12,715 nt of DNA. Source: a virus (lineage: Monodnaviria > Loebvirae > Hofneiviricota > Faserviricetes > Tubulavirales > Inoviridae). Shown piece after piece: positions 1 to 7,701 of this stretch. Position numbers and translations under genes: made by a program. A model generated the notes under the pieces. That model saw nothing but the letters and a program-made list of their open reading frames with translations, was not told the origin of the DNA and searched no databases. The stretch's first letter is position 1. Each line of letters begins with the position of its first letter. The stretch is taken from IMG/VR virus record IMGVR_UViG_2565956711_000001. The stretch is one strand, 5' to 3'.

Positions 1-297
1 TCACCATTCCTCACGCCTTGCCGGTGAATCAAACTCCTTTTCTACAAAATTTGCAGGGTTTGTATAAGTTGAAAGCGGTGCAGAACTGAGCGAAATCTCC
101 ACCCCTAAAATATTTAACACTTTGTATAGACGCTCAAAACTTGCTTTTGAAGGATTTGACTCAAGGCGAGCATAAGTCTGCTGGGTTATACCCAACATGG
201 CAGATAATTCTCTTTGAGTTAATCCTTTTGATTTACGAAAACCAATTAGAAGTGGACGTAACTGGCTAAGAAGTCTAACGGGAAAAATAGTATCCAT
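1..297 (-). CDS. XRE-family HTH DNA-binding protein, HipB-like antitoxin/regulator (98 aa); any cognate toxin gene would lie beyond the left window edge
   Basis: Complete ORF with ATG at 295-297 and TGA at 1-3. The translation has a Cro/CI-type helix-turn-helix (GLTQRELSAMLGITQQTYARLESNP) and ends in ...EEW, like the C-terminal Trp of E. coli HipB (recalled from memory). No clear Shine-Dalgarno sequence. Confidence 0.55.
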   Translation of the reverse strand: MDTIFPVRLLSQLRPLLIGFRKSKGLTQRELSAMLGITQQTYARLESNPSKASFERLYKVLNILGVEISLSSAPLSTYTNPANFVEKEFDSPARREEW

Positions 298-413
298 AAG
301 TAGGTGGCCATGTCGATTACTTCATAATAAATTCACTCCTCGTAAGAAACAGCCTGTAAGGTGTCTTATTACTTTACAGCTTACAAGGTGTAAGGGTGAA
401 CTCGTTGTATTAA

Positions 414-608
414 CTAATACTGCTCAAATTTTAAAGGTTGCATCTCGCGCTGGCTGGGATTATATTTATTAAGGACTAGCATATAGTGGTGTACGCTGTT
501 ATCCTCTTTGTAATGAGGCTTATCAGTGTGTGAAGGGAGAGGGCGGACTCTGCTTTGCCCTCTCTCTTTCATGGACTTATTTAACTTTAAATGTTTTTTA
601 AAAGTCAT
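414..608 (-). CDS. Small basic hypothetical protein (64 aa), possibly translationally coupled to the upstream gene
   Basis: Its ATG (606-608) overlaps the TGA (605-607) of the 186-aa ORF in an ATGA arrangement. AT-rich; no recognisable motif; could be spurious. Confidence 0.3.
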   Translation of the reverse strand: MTFKKHLKLNKSMKERGQSRVRPLPSHTDKPHYKEDNSVHHYMLVLNKYNPSQREMQPLKFEQY

Positions 609-1165
609 TGCCTTATTGCAATGGTTTTATTAAAAATCCCAATCAATGTGTTTATTTTTTCATTTATCTTAATTTGCTTTTTCTCTTGCTCGAGAGAAAG
701 TTTTCTGAATTCATTTTCCCTGCTCGGCACGGCAATTATCAACTCTTCATAAATCTCCTTTGCTCCTGATACTTTTTCCAACTCGCTGCTGTATTTTTCG
801 ATAAGAGTTCTTATTTGAATATTTACATTTCTGTATTCATGACTGGTAGCACTTAAAACAAGTTGACTGGAATTTTTTTTGGGTGCCTCAATTAACTCTA
901 CGCTTTTCTTTACGACATTGAATTCAGATGTGACTGAGTATACATATTGATACGCGCCTGATTTTCTGACTTTACTCAATAATCCTTTTCTAACTAAACA
1001 CTGAATTTGGTTATAAGCAAAAGCTTTTGCCTTAAAATAACTTTTCGGAAGTGAAAATCGCTCGATAAGAATTTGAGCCACATCGTTACTGGTGAAGTTA
1101 TCTTTAGCAATATAGATTATTGCGGAAAATATGTACGACTCAGCGTTGGATACTCGACTATTCAT
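605..1165 (-). CDS. Hypothetical protein (186 aa), possible winged-helix N-terminal region plus lysine/glutamate-rich C-terminal coiled coil
   Basis: Uninterrupted 186-codon ORF with ATG at 1163-1165, in a markedly AT-rich stretch compared with its flanks. The C-terminus (EKKQIKINEKINTLIGIF) looks coiled-coil. No clear Shine-Dalgarno sequence. Confidence 0.5.
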   Translation of the reverse strand: MNSRVSNAESYIFSAIIYIAKDNFTSNDVAQILIERFSLPKSYFKAKAFAYNQIQCLVRKGLLSKVRKSGAYQYVYSVTSEFNVVKKSVELIEAPKKNSSQLVLSATSHEYRNVNIQIRTLIEKYSSELEKVSGAKEIYEELIIAVPSRENEFRKLSLEQEKKQIKINEKINTLIGIFNKTIAIRQ

Positions 1166-1186
1166 ATGACTAAAACAAGGCAGTTA

Positions 1187-1236
1187 ACTTAGGATTGCTA
1201 AGTATACAACAATGGCAGATACTTAGACAATCTAAG
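1187..1236. promoter_or_regulatory. Divergent promoter region with two palindromic candidate operators (ACTTAG-N5-CTAAGT at 1187..1203; CTTAGA-N3-TCTAAG at 1222..1236)
   Basis: Both inverted repeats were read directly from the sequence. They lie between the divergent starts at 1165 (minus) and 1263 (plus). Confidence 0.4.
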
Positions 1237-1262
1237 CATTCGAGGCCAATGAAGATGAATCA

Positions 1263-1595
1263 GTGTCTGAAAAAAATCCGATACCAGAAAGACTTAAGGA
1301 AGCGAGAAGCAGGGCGGGTTTATCACAGCGCTCATTGGGCCTCCTTGTTGGGTTTGATCCCGCTTCGGCTAGCAGTCGTATGAATCATTATGAGAAAGGG
1401 CGCCATGTCCCCGATATTGATACGCTTCGACGGATGGCGGCAGAGTTAAACGTGCCGTTGAACTACTTTTTTTGTGATGATCAGACCACAGCTGAACTTG
1501 CATTACTCATATCCCGGATGACAGAGGAAGAGCGAAGTAATCTTATCGAAGCACTCAAAAGGCATCCAGGCGAAAAGCATGCTGACAAAAAATGA
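1263..1595 (+). CDS. XRE-family (Cro/CI-type) helix-turn-helix transcriptional regulator (110 aa)
   Basis: The translation contains LKEARSRAGLSQRSLGLLVGF...MAAELNVPLNYFF, a typical HTH_XRE fold signature. The only in-frame start is GTG at 1263, preceded by a weak purine-rich stretch; TGA at 1593-1595. GC content is higher than in the neighbouring AT-rich genes. Confidence 0.7.
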   Translation: MSEKNPIPERLKEARSRAGLSQRSLGLLVGFDPASASSRMNHYEKGRHVPDIDTLRRMAAELNVPLNYFFCDDQTTAELALLISRMTEEERSNLIEALKRHPGEKHADKK

Positions 1596-1799
1596 TATTA
1601 CATATAAAGCGACTGAACTTTTTGAAGGTAACGAAAGTGTAGCATTACACTGATGCAATGAACCAAGCAGGACATTACAGTGGGAGACGCCCTCTCAGAT
1701 AACAAACTCAAAAGAGGGAGCCATAAATATATGTTTATCAATACAACCAGCATTCTGCCGACAACCGGGAAGCTGTCGGCTAAATCTTCCATGTCAGAA

Positions 1800-2234
1800 T
1801 TATGACGACTTATGTAGTTCCCGAATCATATGGTTGGCCAACAGGCTTTCCACCGGTATAACCGAATTGATTTTTACCGCTTTGACAATTTCTATCAACG
1901 AAAGGGTATTTTGCGCTAATTGGTCTCGCAATTCACTTACTTCAGCCTGCAACTGCTGGTTTCTGGCCAGTAAAGCCTGACGGGTTTTGCGGTTGACGTA
2001 TTGCTGTTTTTCTTTTGGGCGTAGATTCAATGGGCCAAGTTGCTGGTCAACATAGGCAGCAATTAGGCGTTTACGCTCTAGGCTGCTCAGCGTACTTAAA
2101 CCACCGTTAACGATACCTTTTGCCTTGAGCCTAATATGCAGGGCCTTGGCGGAAATAGGGGACTTGTCAAAGCCTTCAACCAGCATCAGTTGTAATTCGT
2201 GCTCAATCAGTGTGTTCAGTTCCTTGCCGCGCAT
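1800..2234 (-). CDS. Small coiled-coil protein, fourth gene of the tri-recombinase operon (GinD-like or TnpC-like accessory protein)
   Basis: Its ATG at 2232-2234 overlaps the TGA (2234-2236) of the upstream 788-aa recombinase in an ATGA arrangement. The ORF track starts one codon earlier at TTG 2237. Coiled-coil segment NQQLQAEVSELRDQLAQN. No catalytic motif recognised. Confidence 0.6.
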   Translation of the reverse strand: MRGKELNTLIEHELQLMLVEGFDKSPISAKALHIRLKAKGIVNGGLSTLSSLERKRLIAAYVDQQLGPLNLRPKEKQQYVNRKTRQALLARNQQLQAEVSELRDQLAQNTLSLIEIVKAVKINSVIPVESLLANHMIRELHKSS

Positions 2235-4600
2235 CAATCATTCTCCTGCATCAATTGTTGGTATTCAAGTGCAAAAAGCTGGGCCAGTGTACGGACTTTG
2301 CCCTCGGTGATTACTCCACCAGACAACACACTCTCAGCAGCAACCAGTTGTTGAGTCTTGGCACGACGATGCCATTGTGCTTGTATTGCCTCGAGTTGCT
2401 GTAACCGTCGTTCGATGTCGGCCAGTCTGGTCTGGTAATCAGGCTGATGTTGAGTAAGTTGGGTCAACTTCGAATGTGCTTGCTGTAAAGCCTGTTTTTT
2501 GGCAATCAGATTTGGTAGCTCATCTATCCGGCCTGTCAGCGTGAAATGTTCACAAAAGGCAGCACTCTGGCATTTCAGTCGATAAGGACATCCCCAGAGG
2601 TTAACTTCCCGCATACAGGAGCCAAATTTCAGCGGATACAGCACGGCATGTCTTGCCACCATGTCAGAGGCTTGCTCTGGTCCTTCTGCGTCGCGGATTT
2701 CTTCAAAGGCGGCAGCAACATCTTCAAAGAGGCCGTTAGCAAATGACGCCTCGACAAACCTGGCTACATCATCCCGATCGTCAAAAGTATGCAGGTTGGC
2801 TTTGATGGTATTGTCCAAAGTCATGTGTTCCGTGACCGCCAGTTGGCCGGTCCGTTTGACGATATCCAGTGGCGTAGCAATGGAGGACGAAGAGGGCGAG
2901 ACAGTTAGTGCTGTCGAAATCGGCTGCAAGGGCACCAACGAGGCGGCTTTTCGCCGTTCTGCAAGCGCCAGATGTTGATAATGCTGATTCTGCGTGATGT
3001 CCACTCGACCCATCAACATTGCCTGTAAGTGGTCAGAGATATCCGCAATAGCAAGAAAGGTATTGATGTTGTGCCGGGGAATGTGGGTACGCATCCGCGT
3101 CGAGGTGCCATCCTCCTCCAGTAATTGATATTTGCTGAATACTGATCCATCAGGCTCAACGTTGCCTAAGAATTTATTCATAAGTGTGTTAGTGAAGGGT
3201 ATCGGTGTAGCCAGCAAAGCCAGTGTGCGCTTTAATGCCAGCGAACCCTTCTCGTGTAGAAATAGCAGATCCTCGTAGTTAACTTGGTAGCGTTTGCCAT
3301 TTTCCATCCAGGCGTGTGTACAGGGTTCGTTGGCATTCGCCAGACCAAATTCGGTCTTAATGTAATGATTGAGAGCAGTCTTGGAATAATAGATAGATTT
3401 GCTGTTTTTCGGGCCTGGTATTTCTTGAACGGGCAGCACACCTCTTTTGCTAAGGGCTTTGGATGTTTTGTCCCGTTGTCCTGCCCGGCCCCGAAAACTT
3501 GAGGTAGTTTGGGTGATGTACTTCACCACATCGTCCAGTTCGACTCGTTCACCGGGCATGTTGCTGATGGCCTGTGGCAGGTAATCAGCAAAAGATTTTG
3601 CCCGTAGATAGGTAAGATGGCTGCGTATTGGTGCGGTCAACATTTTAACGGTACTGAATATACTCTCGACCAGCGGTACTGCCAGCGGTTCTACCCAATG
3701 CGTTCGCTCCCCAGCACCTTTGACACCAACATAACGGATACCAAGAAAATAATCGGGTAATCCCTTGTCCTGAAATCGTTTGCAGATTGCCGGATCATCA
3801 ATCTGGCGTTTAAACAGGGCATCCTGTCTGAGATTAAACGCTTCAATGGAGCGAAAGCCGGTAATAACCAATAACAACAGGCAATTTAACGCGATTTTCT
3901 CAGCATCACTTTCCACCCGCTGGATTAATGCAACTATGTTCAGAAATCCGCGAATGGTAATCAACGCATCTTCACCATCGGTAGTGGTATCAGACAGCTT
4001 GGCCTGCTGTTTCAGCGCCATGGTTTCCCGGGCTTTGCGGGTCAAGTTGGTTTTGTTGGTATACTTCACATCAGAGTTGTATTGCAGTTTAACCAACGTA
4101 AATGTGAAGTGATTGACCAATTTTTGAAGGCTAACGCACCGCCCTTTATAGTTAGCTGTATTGGGGTCACTAGGAGATGAAACGCTACTGAGAAGATCCA
4201 TCGCTCGTTGAATGACAACTGTGCTCAGGTAAGATGGATGGGTCTGTCCTGTCTCATAAAGCATCGCATGGTACCATCGTTTCAGAATCATCAAAGTTGC
4301 CTTTGCCACCGCTGGCGACATACTCCTATTTCCCTGTCGGTAAACCACTACCAGCATAGCTTTCATGAACTGACTATATTCTTTGTCGATGGGCAGATGT
4401 TCTACAATACCTTTGAATCTGTTCATCTCATCAAAACGTAATGTATTTCTGCCGTTCCCTCGCAACCATCCACTTCCCTGGTTACCACTTACCCAGATAT
4501 GATCATTCCATGTTTGGGCAAAATCAGCAGACAGGTGCTGTTCGAACCATTTTTTTTGCTCTTCAATAAAAGCCTGAAAATGCTCAAAGTGATTTTTCAT
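2234..4600 (-). CDS. Tyrosine site-specific recombinase, large (788 aa), third of three tandem recombinases (GinC-like), with a C-terminal Cys4 and coiled-coil extension
   Basis: Box I-like arginine in VITGFRSIE. Box II-like HIPRHNINTFLA ... LMGRVDITQNQHY gives the R-H-R-Y catalytic pattern. C-terminal cluster CMREVNLWGCPYRLKCQSAAFC followed by a Q/L-rich coiled coil. ATG at 4598-4600 is preceded by AGGTGA; the start overlaps the upstream gene by 17 nt. Confidence 0.8.
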   Translation of the reverse strand: MKNHFEHFQAFIEEQKKWFEQHLSADFAQTWNDHIWVSGNQGSGWLRGNGRNTLRFDEMNRFKGIVEHLPIDKEYSQFMKAMLVVVYRQGNRSMSPAVAKATLMILKRWYHAMLYETGQTHPSYLSTVVIQRAMDLLSSVSSPSDPNTANYKGRCVSLQKLVNHFTFTLVKLQYNSDVKYTNKTNLTRKARETMALKQQAKLSDTTTDGEDALITIRGFLNIVALIQRVESDAEKIALNCLLLLVITGFRSIEAFNLRQDALFKRQIDDPAICKRFQDKGLPDYFLGIRYVGVKGAGERTHWVEPLAVPLVESIFSTVKMLTAPIRSHLTYLRAKSFADYLPQAISNMPGERVELDDVVKYITQTTSSFRGRAGQRDKTSKALSKRGVLPVQEIPGPKNSKSIYYSKTALNHYIKTEFGLANANEPCTHAWMENGKRYQVNYEDLLFLHEKGSLALKRTLALLATPIPFTNTLMNKFLGNVEPDGSVFSKYQLLEEDGTSTRMRTHIPRHNINTFLAIADISDHLQAMLMGRVDITQNQHYQHLALAERRKAASLVPLQPISTALTVSPSSSSIATPLDIVKRTGQLAVTEHMTLDNTIKANLHTFDDRDDVARFVEASFANGLFEDVAAAFEEIRDAEGPEQASDMVARHAVLYPLKFGSCMREVNLWGCPYRLKCQSAAFCEHFTLTGRIDELPNLIAKKQALQQAHSKLTQLTQHQPDYQTRLADIERRLQQLEAIQAQWHRRAKTQQLVAAESVLSGGVITEGKVRTLAQLFALEYQQLMQEND

Positions 4601-6149
4601 TGGACTTCACCTGTTCCTGATGAAAACGGCAGCGGGCGATAACAGACTCAATTTCAAACTGTGTGGTTTCATGGATTAAAATGAGCGGATTTCGGGAATT
4701 ACCTACACCGTCTGAAATAGCGATTAGTTCATCGACTTCTTTTTTGACGCATTCAAGTAGAGCCTGATGTTCACCATCCGTAAAAGGGCGATAATACAGA
4801 CAGCCGTAACAAGAACGCACTTCGCTGAAAGGGCATGTACTACTGTTCCTGGAGCAACCACCAATTTTATCATGCAACTCGTCACCAACGAGTCCCACCA
4901 CTGGATGGCCTTTCCAATGTGCTGAGTCGACCAGTTCCCCAGTGAGCATCATAGCCACCATATTTTGCCAAACGGGATTCGACCCAAGCGCTTTAGCACG
5001 GATCAAGGCCAACGCGGGAGTTGCCATAATGTAGTATTTAGCTACGGCAAGAGAGGTGTGCCCCAGTACATGTGCTATCTCTTCAGCGCTAGCACCTTGC
5101 ATCGCCAAAGAGTGCCCAACATTGTGGCGTAAATCAGTGGGTGTAATTGTGGGCAATGCAGCTTCGCCACATGCTACGGCGGCTTGATATTCAGGAGGAC
5201 AGAAATTTAGGATTGCCTGATTAATTGCCTGAGACACATAATGCGGAGCTGAAACGCTGAAATCGAATAGTTTATCTTCGGGGTTTTTCTTATATCTCAC
5301 GGTATAGTTCATAATTAACTCCCCAATTTCTGGGGGGATCGCCAGAAATAACCGCTCTGTCGTCACTCGTCTTTGTTTAGCATATGGTAAAAAAACACTG
5401 TATCGAATCAGACCAGATTCCTGATTTCGTGTATCGATACGAACATCTTTGACCGCCAGCCTAGCGAGTTGTACTGGGCGTGCACCCGTTACATAAGCCA
5501 ACCCAAGGATAGCTGCATTGCGCACTTCGCTGTGACTGAAACTTTTGCCATCGCGTAACAACGAAGCCATTTCAAACAGTCCATTGCAAATCATGTTTTT
5601 TTCAAGAGGGTCAAGAATATTATCGATTTCTTGGTAACCCCCCCAATGTTCGAGATACGGTCGAGGGACGAACTCAAGATCATCGTAATCTTCAAGATTG
5701 AAACCTGGGAATGTTTCAGCACAAAGTATTTTTAATCCGAATAACACGGAATAAAAAGTAGCATTATCAATATCCTCTTTTTCGATAAATAATCGGAGCG
5801 TACTAAGCGAAAACCCACCATGTTCTCGACAATATGAAATGATATTCCTCCAATCAAGGTGCAACGCTGGAAGTTTGGTTGGAAATCTCGTCGATGCATA
5901 TTTGAAACAGATATACTTGTTTAATTTATTTGAGATATAATCTTGATTGAAAACAAGATATCGCCGACTGCCTGAATAATCGAAAGTCCATTTATTTCCT
6001 TTGTTAACAATATATTTATCATCAAACTCCATTGCCGTTTTTAGATAAATTCGATCAGGAATATCGAGTTCAAAGATAGCCTTAGCTAAATCAGGAGGGT
6101 AAACTGAGTTCCCTTCGTCAGATTTTAATGCATTATCAAATGATGTCAT
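4584..6149 (-). CDS. Tyrosine site-specific recombinase (521 aa), second of three tandem recombinases (GinB-like)
   Basis: Box I LGLAYVTGARPVQLARL. Box II TDLRHNVGHSLAMQGASAEEIAHVLGHTSLAVAKYY matches the H-x-x-R ... LGH ... Y pattern. C-terminal Cys cluster CSRNSSTCPFSEVRSCYGC. ATG at 6147-6149 overlaps the upstream gene by 14 nt. Confidence 0.8.
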   Translation of the reverse strand: MTSFDNALKSDEGNSVYPPDLAKAIFELDIPDRIYLKTAMEFDDKYIVNKGNKWTFDYSGSRRYLVFNQDYISNKLNKYICFKYASTRFPTKLPALHLDWRNIISYCREHGGFSLSTLRLFIEKEDIDNATFYSVLFGLKILCAETFPGFNLEDYDDLEFVPRPYLEHWGGYQEIDNILDPLEKNMICNGLFEMASLLRDGKSFSHSEVRNAAILGLAYVTGARPVQLARLAVKDVRIDTRNQESGLIRYSVFLPYAKQRRVTTERLFLAIPPEIGELIMNYTVRYKKNPEDKLFDFSVSAPHYVSQAINQAILNFCPPEYQAAVACGEAALPTITPTDLRHNVGHSLAMQGASAEEIAHVLGHTSLAVAKYYIMATPALALIRAKALGSNPVWQNMVAMMLTGELVDSAHWKGHPVVGLVGDELHDKIGGCSRNSSTCPFSEVRSCYGCLYYRPFTDGEHQALLECVKKEVDELIAISDGVGNSRNPLILIHETTQFEIESVIARCRFHQEQVKSNEKSL

Positions 6150-7530
6150 CGTTATATCTATCCATTATAGTATCTAACGTATTATGTAGCGCTGCATTGT
6201 CTTGAATAATTCGTTGGACATTGGCAGCATTAGCCTGCTCAGACAGGAAACGTTTTGCATATAGATCAGGCATTTGACTTGTCGGACTCCATCCCCCCAT
6301 CAGTCGTAGTTCATCTTTAGCTTCTTCCATTATCCCTGAGAGGGAAGGGACTTCAGCAATAAAGTGTGTTTTATTTTGCTGGCTTTTCAAATATTTTAAA
6401 TGCCATATTTTTTGCAATGTCAAAAAGGCCCAAGTATGTCGGGTTGTATGCGGAGTCAATCGTTGCAACGAGTCAGAGTACAACGGTGATTTGTACTCTG
6501 GATATTGGTTAGTGAAGACCTGATCTATTTTCGAAAAAATAGAATGAACTGATGTGTAGGACAAAGGCTTCGCTGACTGTTGACTCGATGTAAAGATGAA
6601 ATCGTGTTTATCAGTTTTTGGTCGAAGCTTTGCTATATAAATGCTTAAAAAAATATAATCCTGCTTATCGAGCTCCAACACACGATTAGCCCATGCATTT
6701 TTGAGAGATGGCGCATTCTTTCTTGGTTCGTATGCCTCGTCGACAGTTGTCACAATCAAACTAAACTTATCACCTTTTAAATTAGGTTTAATTGAGCTGC
6801 ACTCTAACAACAATAGCTCACCTGTTCGTAAACCATAATTTAACAACAGACGAATAATCAAAAAATTGCGGAACTGAAGATGCCCGGAAGGGAAAGGATT
6901 TAGCGGGTTATGCTTTTGGGCAGAAGAGGGGGTTATTATTCCATACAGGCTGAGCACCATTGCCCCAGACAAACTCTGAAATCCTTGGCTGCTGTGACTA
7001 TGTTGCGAAAATTTGTTTGATGTAAGCGTTCGATAATTCTCCCGGCAAAGCTGTAAACGGGTGTGTAAACGCGAAGCCAAAAGTGATAATGCTTTGGGAG
7101 AGTCATCCCGGTATGCAGGTGATATGTAGGTGTTAATCAAAAAAGAAATGAAATGGATCACAGCACGAACTCTAACTGTATGAGTTAAGCTATTGGCTTT
7201 TGTGACTCTCGTTAAAGACAACACATTTGACTGGACGTTGTGGCCATTTTCTAGATACATCCAAAATGCGGGCATTTCACCGACAGCAATGTCTGGATTG
7301 TGGTCAGATGAATAGAAGCTGTAGCAAAACGAGACACCATACTTTTGCCTCCAGAATTCGTAAAAAAACTTCACAGATTGAAGTGAAGCTGACTGTGTGG
7401 ACAATGAGCGGAAAGCCAAATGGTCAATATGGTACCTAAGGGGATACAGCAACGGCAGAGAGGTTTCCAAGTCCATCAGGATCCATCGCCTTTTACGGCC
7501 TGAGATAACCAACTGCTTTAGTGAATACAC
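6136..7530 (-). CDS. Tyrosine site-specific recombinase (464 aa), first of three tandem recombinases (GinA-like)
   Basis: C-terminal LTPHTTRHTWAFL ... LMGGWSPTSQMPDLYAKRF matches the H-x-x-R ... Y catalytic motifs of the integrase family. GTG start at 7528-7530 is preceded by GAGGT about 7 nt upstream. First gene of the operon, reading away from dif. Confidence 0.8.
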   Translation of the reverse strand: MYSLKQLVISGRKRRWILMDLETSLPLLYPLRYHIDHLAFRSLSTQSASLQSVKFFYEFWRQKYGVSFCYSFYSSDHNPDIAVGEMPAFWMYLENGHNVQSNVLSLTRVTKANSLTHTVRVRAVIHFISFLINTYISPAYRDDSPKALSLLASRLHTRLQLCRENYRTLTSNKFSQHSHSSQGFQSLSGAMVLSLYGIITPSSAQKHNPLNPFPSGHLQFRNFLIIRLLLNYGLRTGELLLLECSSIKPNLKGDKFSLIVTTVDEAYEPRKNAPSLKNAWANRVLELDKQDYIFLSIYIAKLRPKTDKHDFIFTSSQQSAKPLSYTSVHSIFSKIDQVFTNQYPEYKSPLYSDSLQRLTPHTTRHTWAFLTLQKIWHLKYLKSQQNKTHFIAEVPSLSGIMEEAKDELRLMGGWSPTSQMPDLYAKRFLSEQANAANVQRIIQDNAALHNTLDTIMDRYNDDII

Positions 7531-7673
7531 AATATTTACCTCAAAATTATCATGGATATGAAGAGAATGTACTCTGTACCTAATGCAAGAAACGAGAGGG
7601 AGATCAGAAATCCTAACGTATTGATTTATCAGTTAGTGGGAGTGTCATATGAACTTATTTACCACAGTAGGTG

Positions 7674-7701
7674 ATTTAACATAATATACATTATGCGCAC
7701 C
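7674..7701 (-). other. dif: dif chromosome dimer resolution site (XerC/XerD target), exact 28-bp match to the E. coli dif sequence as recalled
   Basis: The plus strand reads ATTTAACATAATATACATTATGCGCACC, the reverse complement of GGTGCGCATAA-TGTATA-TTATGTTAAAT (XerC arm, central region, XerD arm). Confidence 0.85.

Larger units (their letters stand above)
1800..7530 (-). mobile_element. GInt-like / Tn554- or RIT-like tri-tyrosine-recombinase module (three recombinases plus small accessory gene); island limits not determined
   Basis: Four co-oriented genes with overlapping stops and starts. Three carry tyrosine-recombinase catalytic motifs. The architecture matches the 'three integrases plus one small gene' operons described for GInts, as recalled from the literature. 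Ends not identified. Confidence 0.5.

Noticed and set aside
303-332. Degenerate dif-like sequence (GGTGGCCAT...TAATAAAT) just upstream of the hipB-like gene, a possible second IMEX attachment site
   Set aside because: Only about 7 of 11 and 8 of 11 arm matches, with an 8-nt rather than 6-nt central region. It is inverted relative to the perfect dif at 7674..7701, whereas flanking att sites of an integrated element should be in direct orientation. Most likely a chance resemblance.
1195-1383. 62-aa plus-strand ORF overlapping the start of the XRE regulator gene
   Set aside because: It is out of frame with the clearly HTH-encoding reading frame and shows no motif. The XRE frame explains the region.
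1598-1792. 64-aa minus-strand ORF in the gap between the XRE gene and the recombinase operon
   Set aside because: No ribosome-binding site or motif. It spans the hairpin and an intergenic-looking stretch, so it is probably a chance ORF.
2125-4441. Several 60-110-aa plus-strand ORFs (2125..2310, 2210..2404, 2546..2746, 2661..2978, 3284..3502, 3780..4112, 4208..4441) antisense to the 788-aa recombinase
   Set aside because: All lie inside the strongly supported recombinase gene on the opposite strand and show no motifs. They are typical antisense shadow ORFs.
7227-7439. 70-aa plus-strand ORF antisense to the 464-aa recombinase
   Set aside because: It lies entirely inside the strongly supported recombinase gene on the opposite strand and shows no motif.
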